A stretch of 64,000 nucleotides of DNA from Alphaproteobacteria bacterium (GTDB lineage Bacteria > Pseudomonadota > Alphaproteobacteria > CACIAM-22H2): assembly GCA_035457725.1 (NCBI GenBank), contig DATIBC010000041.1, forward strand, positions 260 through 64,259, given 5' to 3'. The position numbers were made by a program, and so were the translations under genes. Within the stretch, counting starts at the first letter, position 1, and each line of letters opens with the position of its first letter. Positions 1-9,214 of this stretch are shown piece after piece. The notes beneath the pieces were generated by a model. It was given only the letters and a program-made list of their open reading frames with translations, had not been told where the DNA came from and did not search any database.

Positions 1-400
1 GCGCGGCGATGTGCTGGCCCGCGGGCTCCCCTATATCGTCGCCATGCTGGCTGAGCGAGTGGCCGGCTACGCCTACGCGGGACCCTACCGGACCCGCTCT
101 GCTTATCGCTACACGGTCGAAGATTCGATCTACGTCTCGCCCGACTTCCACCGTCAGGGCGTCGGCCGGGCGCTGCTCGCCGAACTGATCTCCCGCTGCA
201 CGGCGCTCGGATATCGCCAAATGATCGCCGTCATCGGCGACAGCGCGAACGACGGCTCCATCGGCCTGCACGCGGCGCAAGGGTTTGTTCAGGTCGCACA
301 CTTGCCGGCCGTCGGCTTCAAGTTCGGTCGCTGGGTCGACGGCGTGTTGATGCAACGCGCGCTCGGCGAGGGACAGACAACCCTGCCCGCCGCCCGCTGA
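1..400 (+). CDS. GNAT family N-acetyltransferase (phosphinothricin-acetyltransferase-like), 5' partial at window edge
   Basis: ORF 11..400, open to window start. GNAT motif V-x-P-x-x-HRQGVGRALL and acetyl-CoA-binding-like core. Confidence 0.6.
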   Translation, partial: RGDVLARGLPYIVAMLAERVAGYAYAGPYRTRSAYRYTVEDSIYVSPDFHRQGVGRALLAELISRCTALGYRQMIAVIGDSANDGSIGLHAAQGFVQVAHLPAVGFKFGRWVDGVLMQRALGEGQTTLPAAR

Positions 401-437
401 CTCGGGTCGGCATTCGCCCTCGATTCCCGGCGACGAT

Positions 438-1097
438 CTACCGCCGCTCCGGCCAGGCGAGCCAGATGGCCATGGCCCCCAGCGTTCCGCCCATCAGCCA
501 GCGCTGCACGCGCCAAAACGCCGGACGGCCGCGCAACCACTCGCCTAGCGCGCCAAGGCTTAAGGCGATACAGGCGAGATATGCGAAACCAGCGCAAATG
601 AACAGCGTCGCAAGCGTCAGGATTTGCGCCGTCAAATTCCCTTTATCGGGGTTGGCGAACTGCGGCAAGAAGGCGACGAAAAAGATCGCGACTTTGGGGT
701 TGAGCACGTTGGTGATCACCGCCTCGCGATAGACGCGCGCCAATGGCGCCAGTCGCAGTCGGGCGGCATTGCCGGCGTCCGGCGTGAAATCGGACAGCGC
801 GCGCCAAGCGAGATAGAGAATGTACGCCGCGCCGGCGTAACGGACGGCGTCGTAGGCGTACGGCACATAGGCCACGAGACTGGCAAGGCCGAACGCGACG
901 GCGAGCGAGTGGACGACCAGGCCGGTAGAGATGCCGAGCGCCGCGACGAGGCCGGCGCCTCTGCCCTGCGCCATGCTGCGCCCGGCGACATAGAGCGTGT
1001 CGGGGCCCGGCGCCACGATCAATAAGATCGAGGCGACCGCGAAAGCCAGCAATAGCGTCGGATCTGGCAGCACGTGGCAAACTCCCGCGTGCAACAT
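438..1097 (-). CDS. LysE/RhtB family amino-acid efflux transporter
   Basis: 219 aa, multi-TM. LysE-type motifs (ILLIVAPGPD, NVLNPKVAIFFVAFLPQF). Confidence 0.7.
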   Translation of the reverse strand: MLHAGVCHVLPDPTLLLAFAVASILLIVAPGPDTLYVAGRSMAQGRGAGLVAALGISTGLVVHSLAVAFGLASLVAYVPYAYDAVRYAGAAYILYLAWRALSDFTPDAGNAARLRLAPLARVYREAVITNVLNPKVAIFFVAFLPQFANPDKGNLTAQILTLATLFICAGFAYLACIALSLGALGEWLRGRPAFWRVQRWLMGGTLGAMAIWLAWPERR

Positions 1098-1216
1098 CGG
1101 GCAAGCGCCTCGTCGCCGTCAATCCCGCCGTAGCGCGCGGCGGTCGACAAGGCTGGACGCCGGGCGCGCGACGATTCAGACTGAGCGGCTGCAGCGCTGA
1201 TACGCGGGAGATGGCG

Positions 1217-2098
1217 ATGTTATGGCGCCACGGGCGACGGAGCGCGAACATCGAAGACCGGCGAGGCATGGCCGGTGGGCCAACAGGTTACGGTCGCACT
1301 GGGGTGGTCGGAGGCATCGGCGGCCTTGGCGCGGTCGCGATCGTGGTAATTGCCCTGTTCTTGGGTATCGACCCGACGGTGCTGCTCGAAGGCGGGCCGA
1401 TTGGCGGAACACCAGTCGGCTACGCGCCACCCGCCGGCCGTGGCGGCGGCGCGTCCGACGAGCGGAAGGATTTCGTCGCGGTGGTGCTGGCCGATACCGA
1501 GGAAACATGGCACGGCGTGTTCCGCGCCTCCGGCCGTCGATACGAAGAGCCGAAACTCGTGTTGTTCAGCGGCGCGGTGCAGTCGGCGTGCGGTTTCGCG
1601 CAGGCCGCCGTCGGACCGTTTTACTGTCCGGGCGACCGCAAGCTGTACCTCGATTTGGACTTTTTCGAGGATCTTTCGCGACGGTTCGGCGCGCCCGGCG
1701 ATTTCGCCCAGGCTTACGTGATCGCGCACGAAGTCGGGCACCATGTGCAGACGCTGCTTGGCATATCGCAGCAAGTTCACGCGGCGCGCGCGCGGCAATC
1801 TCCCGCCGAAGCGAACGCGATGTCGGTGCGTCTCGAACTGCAGGCGGACTGCTTTGCCGGCGTCTGGGCGCATCACGCCGACCGCGTGCGCGGAATCGTC
1901 GAAAGCGGCGACCTAGAGGAGGCGCTCAATGCGGCAAGCGCCATCGGCGATGATCGGCTGCAGCGCCGGGGCCGCGGCTATGTGTCGCCCGATTCGTTCA
2001 CCCACGGCACCTCGGCGCAGCGCGCGCGCTGGTTCCGTCGTGGCTTTTCCGGTGGCGACCCGCAGGCTTGCGACAGCTTCGCCGTCGACCAACCTTGA
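1217..2098 (+). CDS. YpfJ-family putative zinc metallopeptidase
   Basis: N-terminus MLWRHGRRSANIEDRRG, single TM, HEVGHH zinc motif. Start placed at the third Met of the ORF by analogy to YpfJ N-termini. Confidence 0.65.
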   Translation: MLWRHGRRSANIEDRRGMAGGPTGYGRTGVVGGIGGLGAVAIVVIALFLGIDPTVLLEGGPIGGTPVGYAPPAGRGGGASDERKDFVAVVLADTEETWHGVFRASGRRYEEPKLVLFSGAVQSACGFAQAAVGPFYCPGDRKLYLDLDFFEDLSRRFGAPGDFAQAYVIAHEVGHHVQTLLGISQQVHAARARQSPAEANAMSVRLELQADCFAGVWAHHADRVRGIVESGDLEEALNAASAIGDDRLQRRGRGYVSPDSFTHGTSAQRARWFRRGFSGGDPQACDSFAVDQP

Positions 2099-2125
2099 TC
2101 GGAATCGACCTCGGACGCCGCCGGC

Positions 2126-3451
2126 TCAGTTCGCGACACGATACAGCTGCCAATCGTCGGGAACGCCTTTGAGGGCATGAACGCCGAAATCGTCGAACGC
2201 GATTCCAGACCCGGCGACGAGATCCTTGACGGTGCGCGAGACGACGATGCCGTCGGCGGGCGCCAGCGCCGAAATTCGCGCCGCGATGTGAAGCGCCAGT
2301 CCCGTCACCGCCTCGCCGCGCATTTCGTATTCGCCGGTATGCAGGCCGAGACGAATGCTGAGCCCCAATTCGTGCACCGACGCTCGCACGGCGTCGGCGC
2401 ACTGAATGGCGCGCGCTGGCCCGTCGAATATGGCGACGAACCCGTCGCCGGCGGTGCCGATCTCGCGGCCGCGAAATCGCATCAGCTCGGCGCGAACCGC
2501 GGCGTGATGCGCGTTGAGCAAATCGGTCCAGCGCTGGTCGCCGCGCTCGATGGCCAGCCTGGTCGAATCGACGATGTCGGTAAAAAGAATCGTGCCCAGC
2601 ACGCGATCGCTCGCCGTCACCGGCCGCACGCCGGTGAGAAACTCCTGCACGTTTTGCACGATCGTGTCGGCGCCGACGCAGAACGGCAGGTGATCGTCCG
2701 AATCGTAGACGACGAGTTTGGCCCCAGCGATATTTCCGGCCAAATAGCGGCCATTCTCGACCGACGTCGTGCGATCGCCCTCAGCATGGAGGATCAGCGT
2801 CGGCACGCGGATCGACGGCAGAACATGACGAATGTCGATCTCCAAATTCGCCCTGGTCAGGGCGAGCGCGGCGCTCGGACTCGCGCTTTGACGCAAGAAC
2901 CTCGCCCACCATTGCCGGAAGCGCGGGTCGTTGACCGTCGAGGGCGCCCGGATATCGAGACCGACGGCGGTGCCCCACTCGTGCTCGATCGAATGCAGGA
3001 AGGCATCGATGAAACGTTGGTCGACGCCCGCGGGGTAGTCGGGCACCCTGGTGCGGCGCGCATAGCTGCCGACCATGATCAAGGCGGTGACGCGCTCGGG
3101 GTACGTCGCGGCGAACAGCGCACACATCGGGCCGCCCTCCGAGTATCCGAGGAGCGCCGCGCGTTTCGAGCCGACCGCGTCCATGACCGCGCGTACGTCG
3201 TCCATGCGCTGCTCCAAAGTCGAGACGTCGGTCACCCGGTCCGAGAGTCCGGTCCCGCGCTTGTCGAACAGGATGAGCCGCGAGAACTCGGCGAGGCGCG
3301 TGTAGAAGCGCGCCACATTCGGTTCCTCCCAGAACACCTCGACATTCGAAAGCCAGCCGGGCGCCACCACCAGATCGATCGGACCTTTGCCGACCGCCTG
3401 ATAGGCGATGTTGATCCCGTCGCTGCTCGCGTATCGCGTCTCGGGCGTCAT
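2126..3451 (-). CDS. class III adenylate/guanylate cyclase with N-terminal alpha/beta-hydrolase domain
   Basis: C-terminal cyclase core (ILFTDIVDST, GDGFVAIFDG, GLHTGE). N-terminal alpha/beta hydrolase with GYSEGG nucleophile elbow. Start may instead be 3550. Confidence 0.7.
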   Translation of the reverse strand: MTPETRYASSDGINIAYQAVGKGPIDLVVAPGWLSNVEVFWEEPNVARFYTRLAEFSRLILFDKRGTGLSDRVTDVSTLEQRMDDVRAVMDAVGSKRAALLGYSEGGPMCALFAATYPERVTALIMVGSYARRTRVPDYPAGVDQRFIDAFLHSIEHEWGTAVGLDIRAPSTVNDPRFRQWWARFLRQSASPSAALALTRANLEIDIRHVLPSIRVPTLILHAEGDRTTSVENGRYLAGNIAGAKLVVYDSDDHLPFCVGADTIVQNVQEFLTGVRPVTASDRVLGTILFTDIVDSTRLAIERGDQRWTDLLNAHHAAVRAELMRFRGREIGTAGDGFVAIFDGPARAIQCADAVRASVHELGLSIRLGLHTGEYEMRGEAVTGLALHIAARISALAPADGIVVSRTVKDLVAGSGIAFDDFGVHALKGVPDDWQLYRVAN

Positions 3452-3835
3452 CCGCCAAGACCAATCGAAGCGCCGCGGTTGCGCGGCGGCGGCGTGGACG
3501 ATCCCAAGCCGCGGGATCGCAAGGCTAGACAATTCGCCCGGCTGACTCAACGTCGCCCCGCGGGTTCGATGGTTGCCGCCACAAGCATGCGCGCGCGGGC
3601 TGTCTGGGATTGCTGCGTGCGACTATGATCGGGCGGGGCGGCGAATCGGGAGGACCACCATGGCGAACATCCAAGGCAGACCCCAGCGCAGCGCCCGACG
3701 CTGTTCGCGCGAAGCGGAGCGCGCTTCGCGCATCGATGTTAGCGTGTCGCCCGCCAATCAAGACGTGAAGCGCGGATGGCGGGCAAACTTCAGGCAACTC
3801 GGCACGATCGGCCAGAAACACGGGAGCACGAACGA

Positions 3836-4135
3836 ATGATTCTCGAAATCGCCCAGATCGAAGTGAAAGCGGGCCTCGAAAAGGAGTTCGAAGCAGGCGT
3901 CGCCAAGGCCGCGCCGGTGTTCGCTCGCGCCAAGGGCTGCCGCGGCATGGAGCTGCAACGCTCGATCGAGAAGCCAAGCCGCTACCGGCTGTTGGTCAAA
4001 TGGGAGACGCTCGAGAACCATACCGTCGATTTTCGCGCCTCCGAAGATTTCAAGGTGTGGCGTGGGCTGGTCGGGCACTGCTTCGCCGGCGCGCCGGAAG
4101 TCGAACACACGTCGCAGGTGGTGCACGGGTTCTGA
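3836..4135 (+). CDS. antibiotic biosynthesis monooxygenase (ABM) domain protein
   Basis: About 100 aa, ferredoxin-like ABM pattern (MILEIAQIEVKAG...F...H). Start trimmed to the internal Met. Confidence 0.5.
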   Translation: MILEIAQIEVKAGLEKEFEAGVAKAAPVFARAKGCRGMELQRSIEKPSRYRLLVKWETLENHTVDFRASEDFKVWRGLVGHCFAGAPEVEHTSQVVHGF

Positions 4136-4642
4136 CAGCCGGCGGGCGAGGGCCGGCCGGCGTGACGCTTCCTGGCACGAGGCGGGCAAAAAAATGGGCC
4201 GCACCTTTTGAGCACGGCCCAAGTTTAGGGAGGAAACGCCCGGAATGCGGCCAGGGAGGCCGGATTCCGACGCGGCATCAGGGATGCCGCAGTGCAATAT
4301 TTGAATGGTGCGACGCAAAAATCAAGCATCAATTTATCGCAGTGCAAAATATTTTATGTGTACGAACGACAATCTGGTACAAGATTGAATTGAAAGAGAT
4401 ATTTTTTGGCTACGGTTATATGAGCGTCCGCGGCTTCGCCGCGATGCGGCGACTCGACGCCCGATGGCCTGGTCCTTGGCGAATCCAATTCTTCGCCTAT
4501 TTATGGCTTAATAACAGAGGCTTAGATCGAATTTCCTGGGCACGAGCATTGGATGATCTATAGTCTTCAATAGCGATGGCCCGATTCGCCGGAACGAGTG
4601 GTTGGCGCGTCGGCCAGTACGGCGGTCAACCAGCGGTGGCCC

Positions 4643-5620
4643 ATGAACGATACGACGCCACACCCGCCTGCCCAGCAACCTGTTTCCGGTCTGGTGACCC
4701 CGCGTTTTTCGGGCATACCGACATTCATGCGCTTGCCATTCGCCAGCGACCCCACGACGGTCGACGTGGCGCTTGTCGGCGTGCCGTGGGACGGCGGGAC
4801 GACCAATCGTCCAGGCGCCCGACATGGCCCGCGTGAGATCCGCAATCAGTCGAGCCTGATCCGCCGCGTCCATCCGACCACGCGCGTGTCGCCGTTCACG
4901 CTTGCCCGCTGCGCCGACCTGGGCGATGCCCCGGTCAACCCGGTCGATCTCCTGGACACGCTGTCGCGCATCGAACAGTTCTTCGCCAAGCTGCACGAAG
5001 CCGGAGCGGCGCCGCTCTCGGCGGGCGGCGATCATCTGGTGACGTTGCCGATCTTTCGCGCGATCGCCGGCAAGCGAAAACTGGGCATGGTGCATTTCGA
5101 CGCCCATTCCGACACCTGGGACCGCTACTTCGGCGATTATCGCTACACGCATGGCACGCCGTTTCGCCGCGCAATCGAGGAAGGACTGCTCGATCCTAGA
5201 CGGACGATCCAGATCGGCATCCGCGGCTCGCTCTACTCGCAAGACGACAACGATTGGGCGCTCGCCCAGGGCATCCGCGTGGTCACGATCGAGGAATATT
5301 TCGCGCTCGGGCCGGAGAAGGTGATCGCCGAGGCGCGGCGCATCGTCGGCGATGCTCCGTCCTACATCAGCTTCGACGTCGATGGCCTCGACCCCGTCTA
5401 CGCGCCAGGCACGGGAACGCCGGAGATCGGCGGTTACTCGACGTTCGATGCCCAGCTCATGGTGCGCGGCTTGCGTGGACTCGACATCGTCGGAGGCGAC
5501 GTGGTCGAAGTTTCGCCGCCGCTCGATCCCAGCGGCAACACCGCGCTGGTCGGCGCGACGATGATGTTCGAAATTCTCTGCGTGCTCGCCGAGGCGATCG
5601 CCCGGCGCAAGCGCCGCTGA
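4643..5620 (+). CDS. agmatinase-family ureohydrolase (arginase superfamily)
   Basis: Mn-binding motifs of arginase/agmatinase (GVPWDGG, HFDAHSDT, SFDVDGLDP, GGY). Exact substrate not assignable (agmatine, guanidinobutyrate or other). Confidence 0.75.
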   Translation: MNDTTPHPPAQQPVSGLVTPRFSGIPTFMRLPFASDPTTVDVALVGVPWDGGTTNRPGARHGPREIRNQSSLIRRVHPTTRVSPFTLARCADLGDAPVNPVDLLDTLSRIEQFFAKLHEAGAAPLSAGGDHLVTLPIFRAIAGKRKLGMVHFDAHSDTWDRYFGDYRYTHGTPFRRAIEEGLLDPRRTIQIGIRGSLYSQDDNDWALAQGIRVVTIEEYFALGPEKVIAEARRIVGDAPSYISFDVDGLDPVYAPGTGTPEIGGYSTFDAQLMVRGLRGLDIVGGDVVEVSPPLDPSGNTALVGATMMFEILCVLAEAIARRKRR

Positions 5621-5631
5621 CCCTCGACGAC

Positions 5632-6774
5632 ATGGACGAAGACGCTTCGCGCGCGCGTGCGTGGTGTCGCGCCGCGCGTGCCGAGGGGATCTGGGTCGCC
5701 GAGCTCGGCGGCCGCTGGATCCTTGCCAACGTGGTCGAGCTCGAGCATGACGTCGCGGCCCTGGCGCCCGACGCCGGCGCCGCGGTGCGAATCGACCTTG
5801 GCGGCGTCGAAGCGCTGGATACGGCCGGAGCTTGGCTGATCTATCGCTTGGCGCGACGGCTGGCCAACGTTCCGCACAAGGTCGAAATTTCCGGCGCCAC
5901 CGACGCCCAGACGGCGCTGCTCGAGCGCATGGCGCCCAAGGAGGGTCGCCGCCCGCTCATGCGGCCCTACAATCCGCTGCGCGACATGCTCGAGCGCGTC
6001 GGCGAGGTGACGATCAACGTCCTCAGCCGCGCGCGCGATCTCGTCTCCTTCTTCGGCCTGACGGCAATCGTCTTCGTCCGCGCGGCCCTGCGGCCGCGGC
6101 GGTTGCGCTTCGTATCGCTCTTGAGCCATCTCGAGCGCGTCGGTCTCAATGCGCTCCCGATCGTCGGATTGCTATCGTTTTTGATCGGGGTCGTCCTCGC
6201 TTATCAGGGGGCCGATCAGCTCCGGCAGTTTGGCGCCGAGATCTATACCGTCAATCTCCTCGGCGTGTCGGTGCTGCGCGAAATCGGCATCTTGATGACC
6301 GCGATCCTCGTTGCCGGCCGTTCGGGCAGCGCGTTCACAGCCGAGATCGGCATGATGAAGGTCAACGAGGAAGTCGCCGCCATGCAGACGATCGGCGTCG
6401 ACCCGATGGAAGTCTTGGTCCTGCCGCGCGTGCTGGCGACGGTGATCGCGCTGCCGCTTCTCTGCTTTTACGCCAATATGATGGCGCTCCTCGGTGGCGC
6501 GATCATGTCCTATTTCGCGCTCGGCATCGGCGTCGAGCAATTTCTCGTCCGGCTCAAGGACGCGATCACCGTGTCGACGCTTTGGGTGGGCATGGTCAAG
6601 GCGCCCTTCTTCGCGTTTCTGATCGGCATGGTCGGCTGCTACGAAGGGCTCAAGGTCGAGGGCAGCGCCGAAAGCGTCGGCCGGCTGACGACCAAGGCGG
6701 TGGTCGAGGCGATTTTCCTGGTCATCGTCGCCGACGCCGGGTTTTCAATCCTTTTTTCGTACCTGGGCATCTGA
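5632..6774 (+). CDS. MlaE-family ABC transporter permease with N-terminal STAS-like domain
   Basis: C-terminal ~260 aa MlaE/Ttg2B permease fold. N-terminal ~120 aa anti-sigma-antagonist-like domain. Start at the Met just after the agmatinase stop. Confidence 0.7.
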   Translation: MDEDASRARAWCRAARAEGIWVAELGGRWILANVVELEHDVAALAPDAGAAVRIDLGGVEALDTAGAWLIYRLARRLANVPHKVEISGATDAQTALLERMAPKEGRRPLMRPYNPLRDMLERVGEVTINVLSRARDLVSFFGLTAIVFVRAALRPRRLRFVSLLSHLERVGLNALPIVGLLSFLIGVVLAYQGADQLRQFGAEIYTVNLLGVSVLREIGILMTAILVAGRSGSAFTAEIGMMKVNEEVAAMQTIGVDPMEVLVLPRVLATVIALPLLCFYANMMALLGGAIMSYFALGIGVEQFLVRLKDAITVSTLWVGMVKAPFFAFLIGMVGCYEGLKVEGSAESVGRLTTKAVVEAIFLVIVADAGFSILFSYLGI

Positions 6775-6777
6775 ACG

Positions 6778-7569
6778 ATGGCCGATGCTGGTCCGAGATC
6801 GCCGATCATCCGCCTCAAGGGAATCGTCACGCGCTTCGGCAGCAACGTGATCCACGACGGCCTCGATCTCGACATCAGGCGCGGCGAAATACTCGCGGTC
6901 GTCGGCGGGTCGGGAACCGGCAAGTCGGTGCTTTTGCGCACCATCATCGGCCTGCGCCAGCCCGATGGCGGCACCATCGAGATTCTCGGACAAGACACCG
7001 CGCGGCTCGACGACCGCGGCCGCGCGGCCCTGCGCAGACGATGGGGCGTGTTGTTCCAAGGCGGCGCGCTCTTCAGCTCGCTAACCGTGGCGCAGAACAT
7101 CCGCGTCCCGTTCAAGGAGCACACCAAGCTGCCGGCCAAGCTGGCGGGCGATCTGATTCGCATCAAGATCCAGATCGTCGGCCTGCCCGCCGAGGCCGGC
7201 GCGAAGTTTCCCTCGGAGCTTTCGGGGGGCATGGTCAAGCGCGCCGGATTGGCCCGCGCGCTGGCGCTCGATCCGGAAATCCTTTTCCTCGACGAGCCGA
7301 CGGCCGGCCTCGATCCGATCGCCGCCTCGGCCTTCGACCAGCTCATCCGCGACCTGCAGCGGAGCCTCGGCCTTACCGTGGTGATGATCACCCACGACCT
7401 CGACACGCTCGCCGCCATCGCCGACCGCATTGCGGTTCTCGTCGATCGCCGTGTTAAAGTCGGTACCATGGACGAGTTGCTGGCCGACCCGCATCCTTGG
7501 ATCCACGATTACTTCGCCGGCCCGCGGGGACGGGCCGCGGCCCGAGCGCACGACGTCGAGGCGCGATAG
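6778..7569 (+). CDS. ABC transporter ATP-binding protein (MlaF-like)
   Basis: Walker A GGSGTGKS, signature LSGGM, Walker B ILFLDEPTAGLDP. Confidence 0.8.
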   Translation: MADAGPRSPIIRLKGIVTRFGSNVIHDGLDLDIRRGEILAVVGGSGTGKSVLLRTIIGLRQPDGGTIEILGQDTARLDDRGRAALRRRWGVLFQGGALFSSLTVAQNIRVPFKEHTKLPAKLAGDLIRIKIQIVGLPAEAGAKFPSELSGGMVKRAGLARALALDPEILFLDEPTAGLDPIAASAFDQLIRDLQRSLGLTVVMITHDLDTLAAIADRIAVLVDRRVKVGTMDELLADPHPWIHDYFAGPRGRAAARAHDVEAR

Positions 7570-7572
7570 GCC

Positions 7573-8568
7573 ATGGAGACGCGCGCCAGCTACATACTCG
7601 TTGGAACATTCGTTCTTTCGCTCATCGCCGGGCTGTTCGCCTTCGTGCTGTGGCTCGCCAAGGTCGAATTGAAGGACGAGCGCGTCTATTACTACATCTA
7701 CTTTCCCGGCTCGGTCAGCGGATTGCAGGTCGGCGCGCCGGTGCAGTTTCGCGGCGTGCCGGTGGGCACGGTCACCAGCATCGACATCGACGCCGAGAAC
7801 GTGGAGCTGATCGAGGTGACGGTGGCGCTGAGGGCGGGCACGCCGGTCAAGACCGATTCCGTCGCATCGCTCCAGGCCCAGGGGATCACCGGCCTGAGCT
7901 TCATCCAGCTCTCCGGCGGAACGCAGGGCGCCGAGCCGCTCACTCCCCGGCCAGGCAAGCGCCGCGCGGTCATACCTTCGACTCCCTCGACGCTCGAGAA
8001 ATTCTTCGAGAGCGCGCCGGACTTGATCGCGCGCATCGGCGAGGTGGCGGTGCGCGTCGCGACACTGCTCAGCGACGAAAATATCCGGCATATCGATTCA
8101 ATCATCGACAACCTCGACCGTTCCTCAGCGGCGCTGGCCGTTTCGATGCTCGAAGTGCCGAGAACCATCGACGGTGCGCAAGCCGCGATCGCCGACGCCC
8201 GCGGCTTGATCAGAGATCTTCGCGGAAGCACCGCGAAGCTCGACGCGCTGATGGCCGATTTGCGAGGCTTAGCGCAACGCGTTGGCGGCAACGTCGATCG
8301 CCTGGGCGCGAGCGGCGATCGAACGCTGAACGAGATCGGCGTCACGGTGCAGTCGTTGCAGCGGACCGCGGCGGAGATTGAAAAACTCGTCGCCGATACC
8401 CGAACGCCGCTGCGCGATTTCTCGCAGACCGGTCTATACGAGCTGAACCAGTTTCTGGCCGAGGCGCGGGTCTTGATCGCCGCCTTGACCCGTATCGCCG
8501 CCAACCTCGAGCGCGATCCGGCGCGCTATCTCTTCGGCGATCAACAGAAAGGCTTCGAAGCCAAATGA
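7573..8568 (+). CDS. MlaD-family MCE-domain substrate-binding protein
   Basis: N-terminal TM followed by an MCE domain (YYYIYFPGSVSGLQVGAPVQFRGVPVG), then long coiled-coil tail. Confidence 0.75.
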   Translation: METRASYILVGTFVLSLIAGLFAFVLWLAKVELKDERVYYYIYFPGSVSGLQVGAPVQFRGVPVGTVTSIDIDAENVELIEVTVALRAGTPVKTDSVASLQAQGITGLSFIQLSGGTQGAEPLTPRPGKRRAVIPSTPSTLEKFFESAPDLIARIGEVAVRVATLLSDENIRHIDSIIDNLDRSSAALAVSMLEVPRTIDGAQAAIADARGLIRDLRGSTAKLDALMADLRGLAQRVGGNVDRLGASGDRTLNEIGVTVQSLQRTAAEIEKLVADTRTPLRDFSQTGLYELNQFLAEARVLIAALTRIAANLERDPARYLFGDQQKGFEAK

Positions 8569-9209
8569 TGTCGCGTCGCCCCGTGCTCAAGCAGGCGCTC
8601 GCCCTGGCGTCGATGACGGCGCTGGCCGGCTGCCAAATCCCCGGCGCCGGCGATCCGCCGCAACTCTTTACGCTAACCCCAAAGAGCGCCTTCGCCGCCG
8701 ATCTTCCGACGGTCGAGTGGCAGCTCATCGTCGAGACGCCTGTCGCCGCCGCGGGCCTCAGCACGAGCCGCATCGCGCTTCAGCGCTCGCCGCTCGAGCT
8801 CGACTATTACGCCCGCGCCAATTGGACGGATACGGCGCCGCTGATGGTGCAAACGCTGCTGATCGAGTCGTTCGAGAACAGCAAGCGCATCGTCGCGGTC
8901 AGCCGCGAATCGACGAATTTGCGCGCCGATTACGTCCTCAAGACCGACTTGCGGGAGTTTCAGGCGCAATACGACGGCGCCGGTCCGCCGCTGGTCCACG
9001 TTCGCCTCAGCGGCAAGTTGGTGCGGCTGCCGGATCGGACGATCATCGCCAGCAAAAGCTCGGAGTTGTCGCTTCGCGCCGCCGGCGGCGACATGCAGAG
9101 CATCGTCGGAGCGTTCGACGAGGCGCTCGGCAAGGTCTTGCGCGAGCACGTCGAATGGACGTTGCGCGCCCCGGCCACGACCCGTCGCCATCAAGCCGCC
9201 TCCGGCTGA
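8565..9209 (+). CDS. ABC-type transport auxiliary lipoprotein (DUF330/PqiC-like)
   Basis: Lipobox LAGC after signal peptide. 4-nt overlap with the preceding MCE gene. Typical fourth gene of Mla/MCE operons. Confidence 0.6.
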   Translation: MMSRRPVLKQALALASMTALAGCQIPGAGDPPQLFTLTPKSAFAADLPTVEWQLIVETPVAAAGLSTSRIALQRSPLELDYYARANWTDTAPLMVQTLLIESFENSKRIVAVSRESTNLRADYVLKTDLREFQAQYDGAGPPLVHVRLSGKLVRLPDRTIIASKSSELSLRAAGGDMQSIVGAFDEALGKVLREHVEWTLRAPATTRRHQAASG

Positions 9210-9214
9210 GCGAT

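Noticed and set aside
643-1269. Long ORFs on the opposite strand or alternative frames overlapping clearly homologous genes. Examples: 643-1269(-), 1220-1876(-), 2177-3628(+), 5832-7457(+), 7081-8091(-), 7497-8381(+), 8673-9605(-), 19663-20856(-), 22482-23453(-), 26529-27656(-), 34586-35575(+), 35829-37148(+), 37851-39110(+), 44513-45487(-), 45756-47159(+), 47219-48172(+), 55132-56130(-), 57472-58665(+), 60437-61792(-), 60862-61689(+).
   Set aside because: Translations are Arg/Pro/Gly/Ala-rich low-complexity with no family motifs. They lie antisense or out of frame to genes with strong recognisable signatures. This is expected for ~67% GC DNA where stop codons are rare in all frames.
4163-4178. 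Sigma-54 promoter call at TGGCAC-N5-GGGCA
   Set aside because: The -12 element deviates (GGGCA versus TTGCA) and the site is ~465 bp from the nearest downstream start. It is kept only as a remark inside a finding, not as a feature.
4196-4235. Possible hairpin GGGCCG-N13-CGGCCC after the ABM gene as a terminator
   Set aside because: The loop is long and there is no convincing downstream T-tract. Too weak to call.
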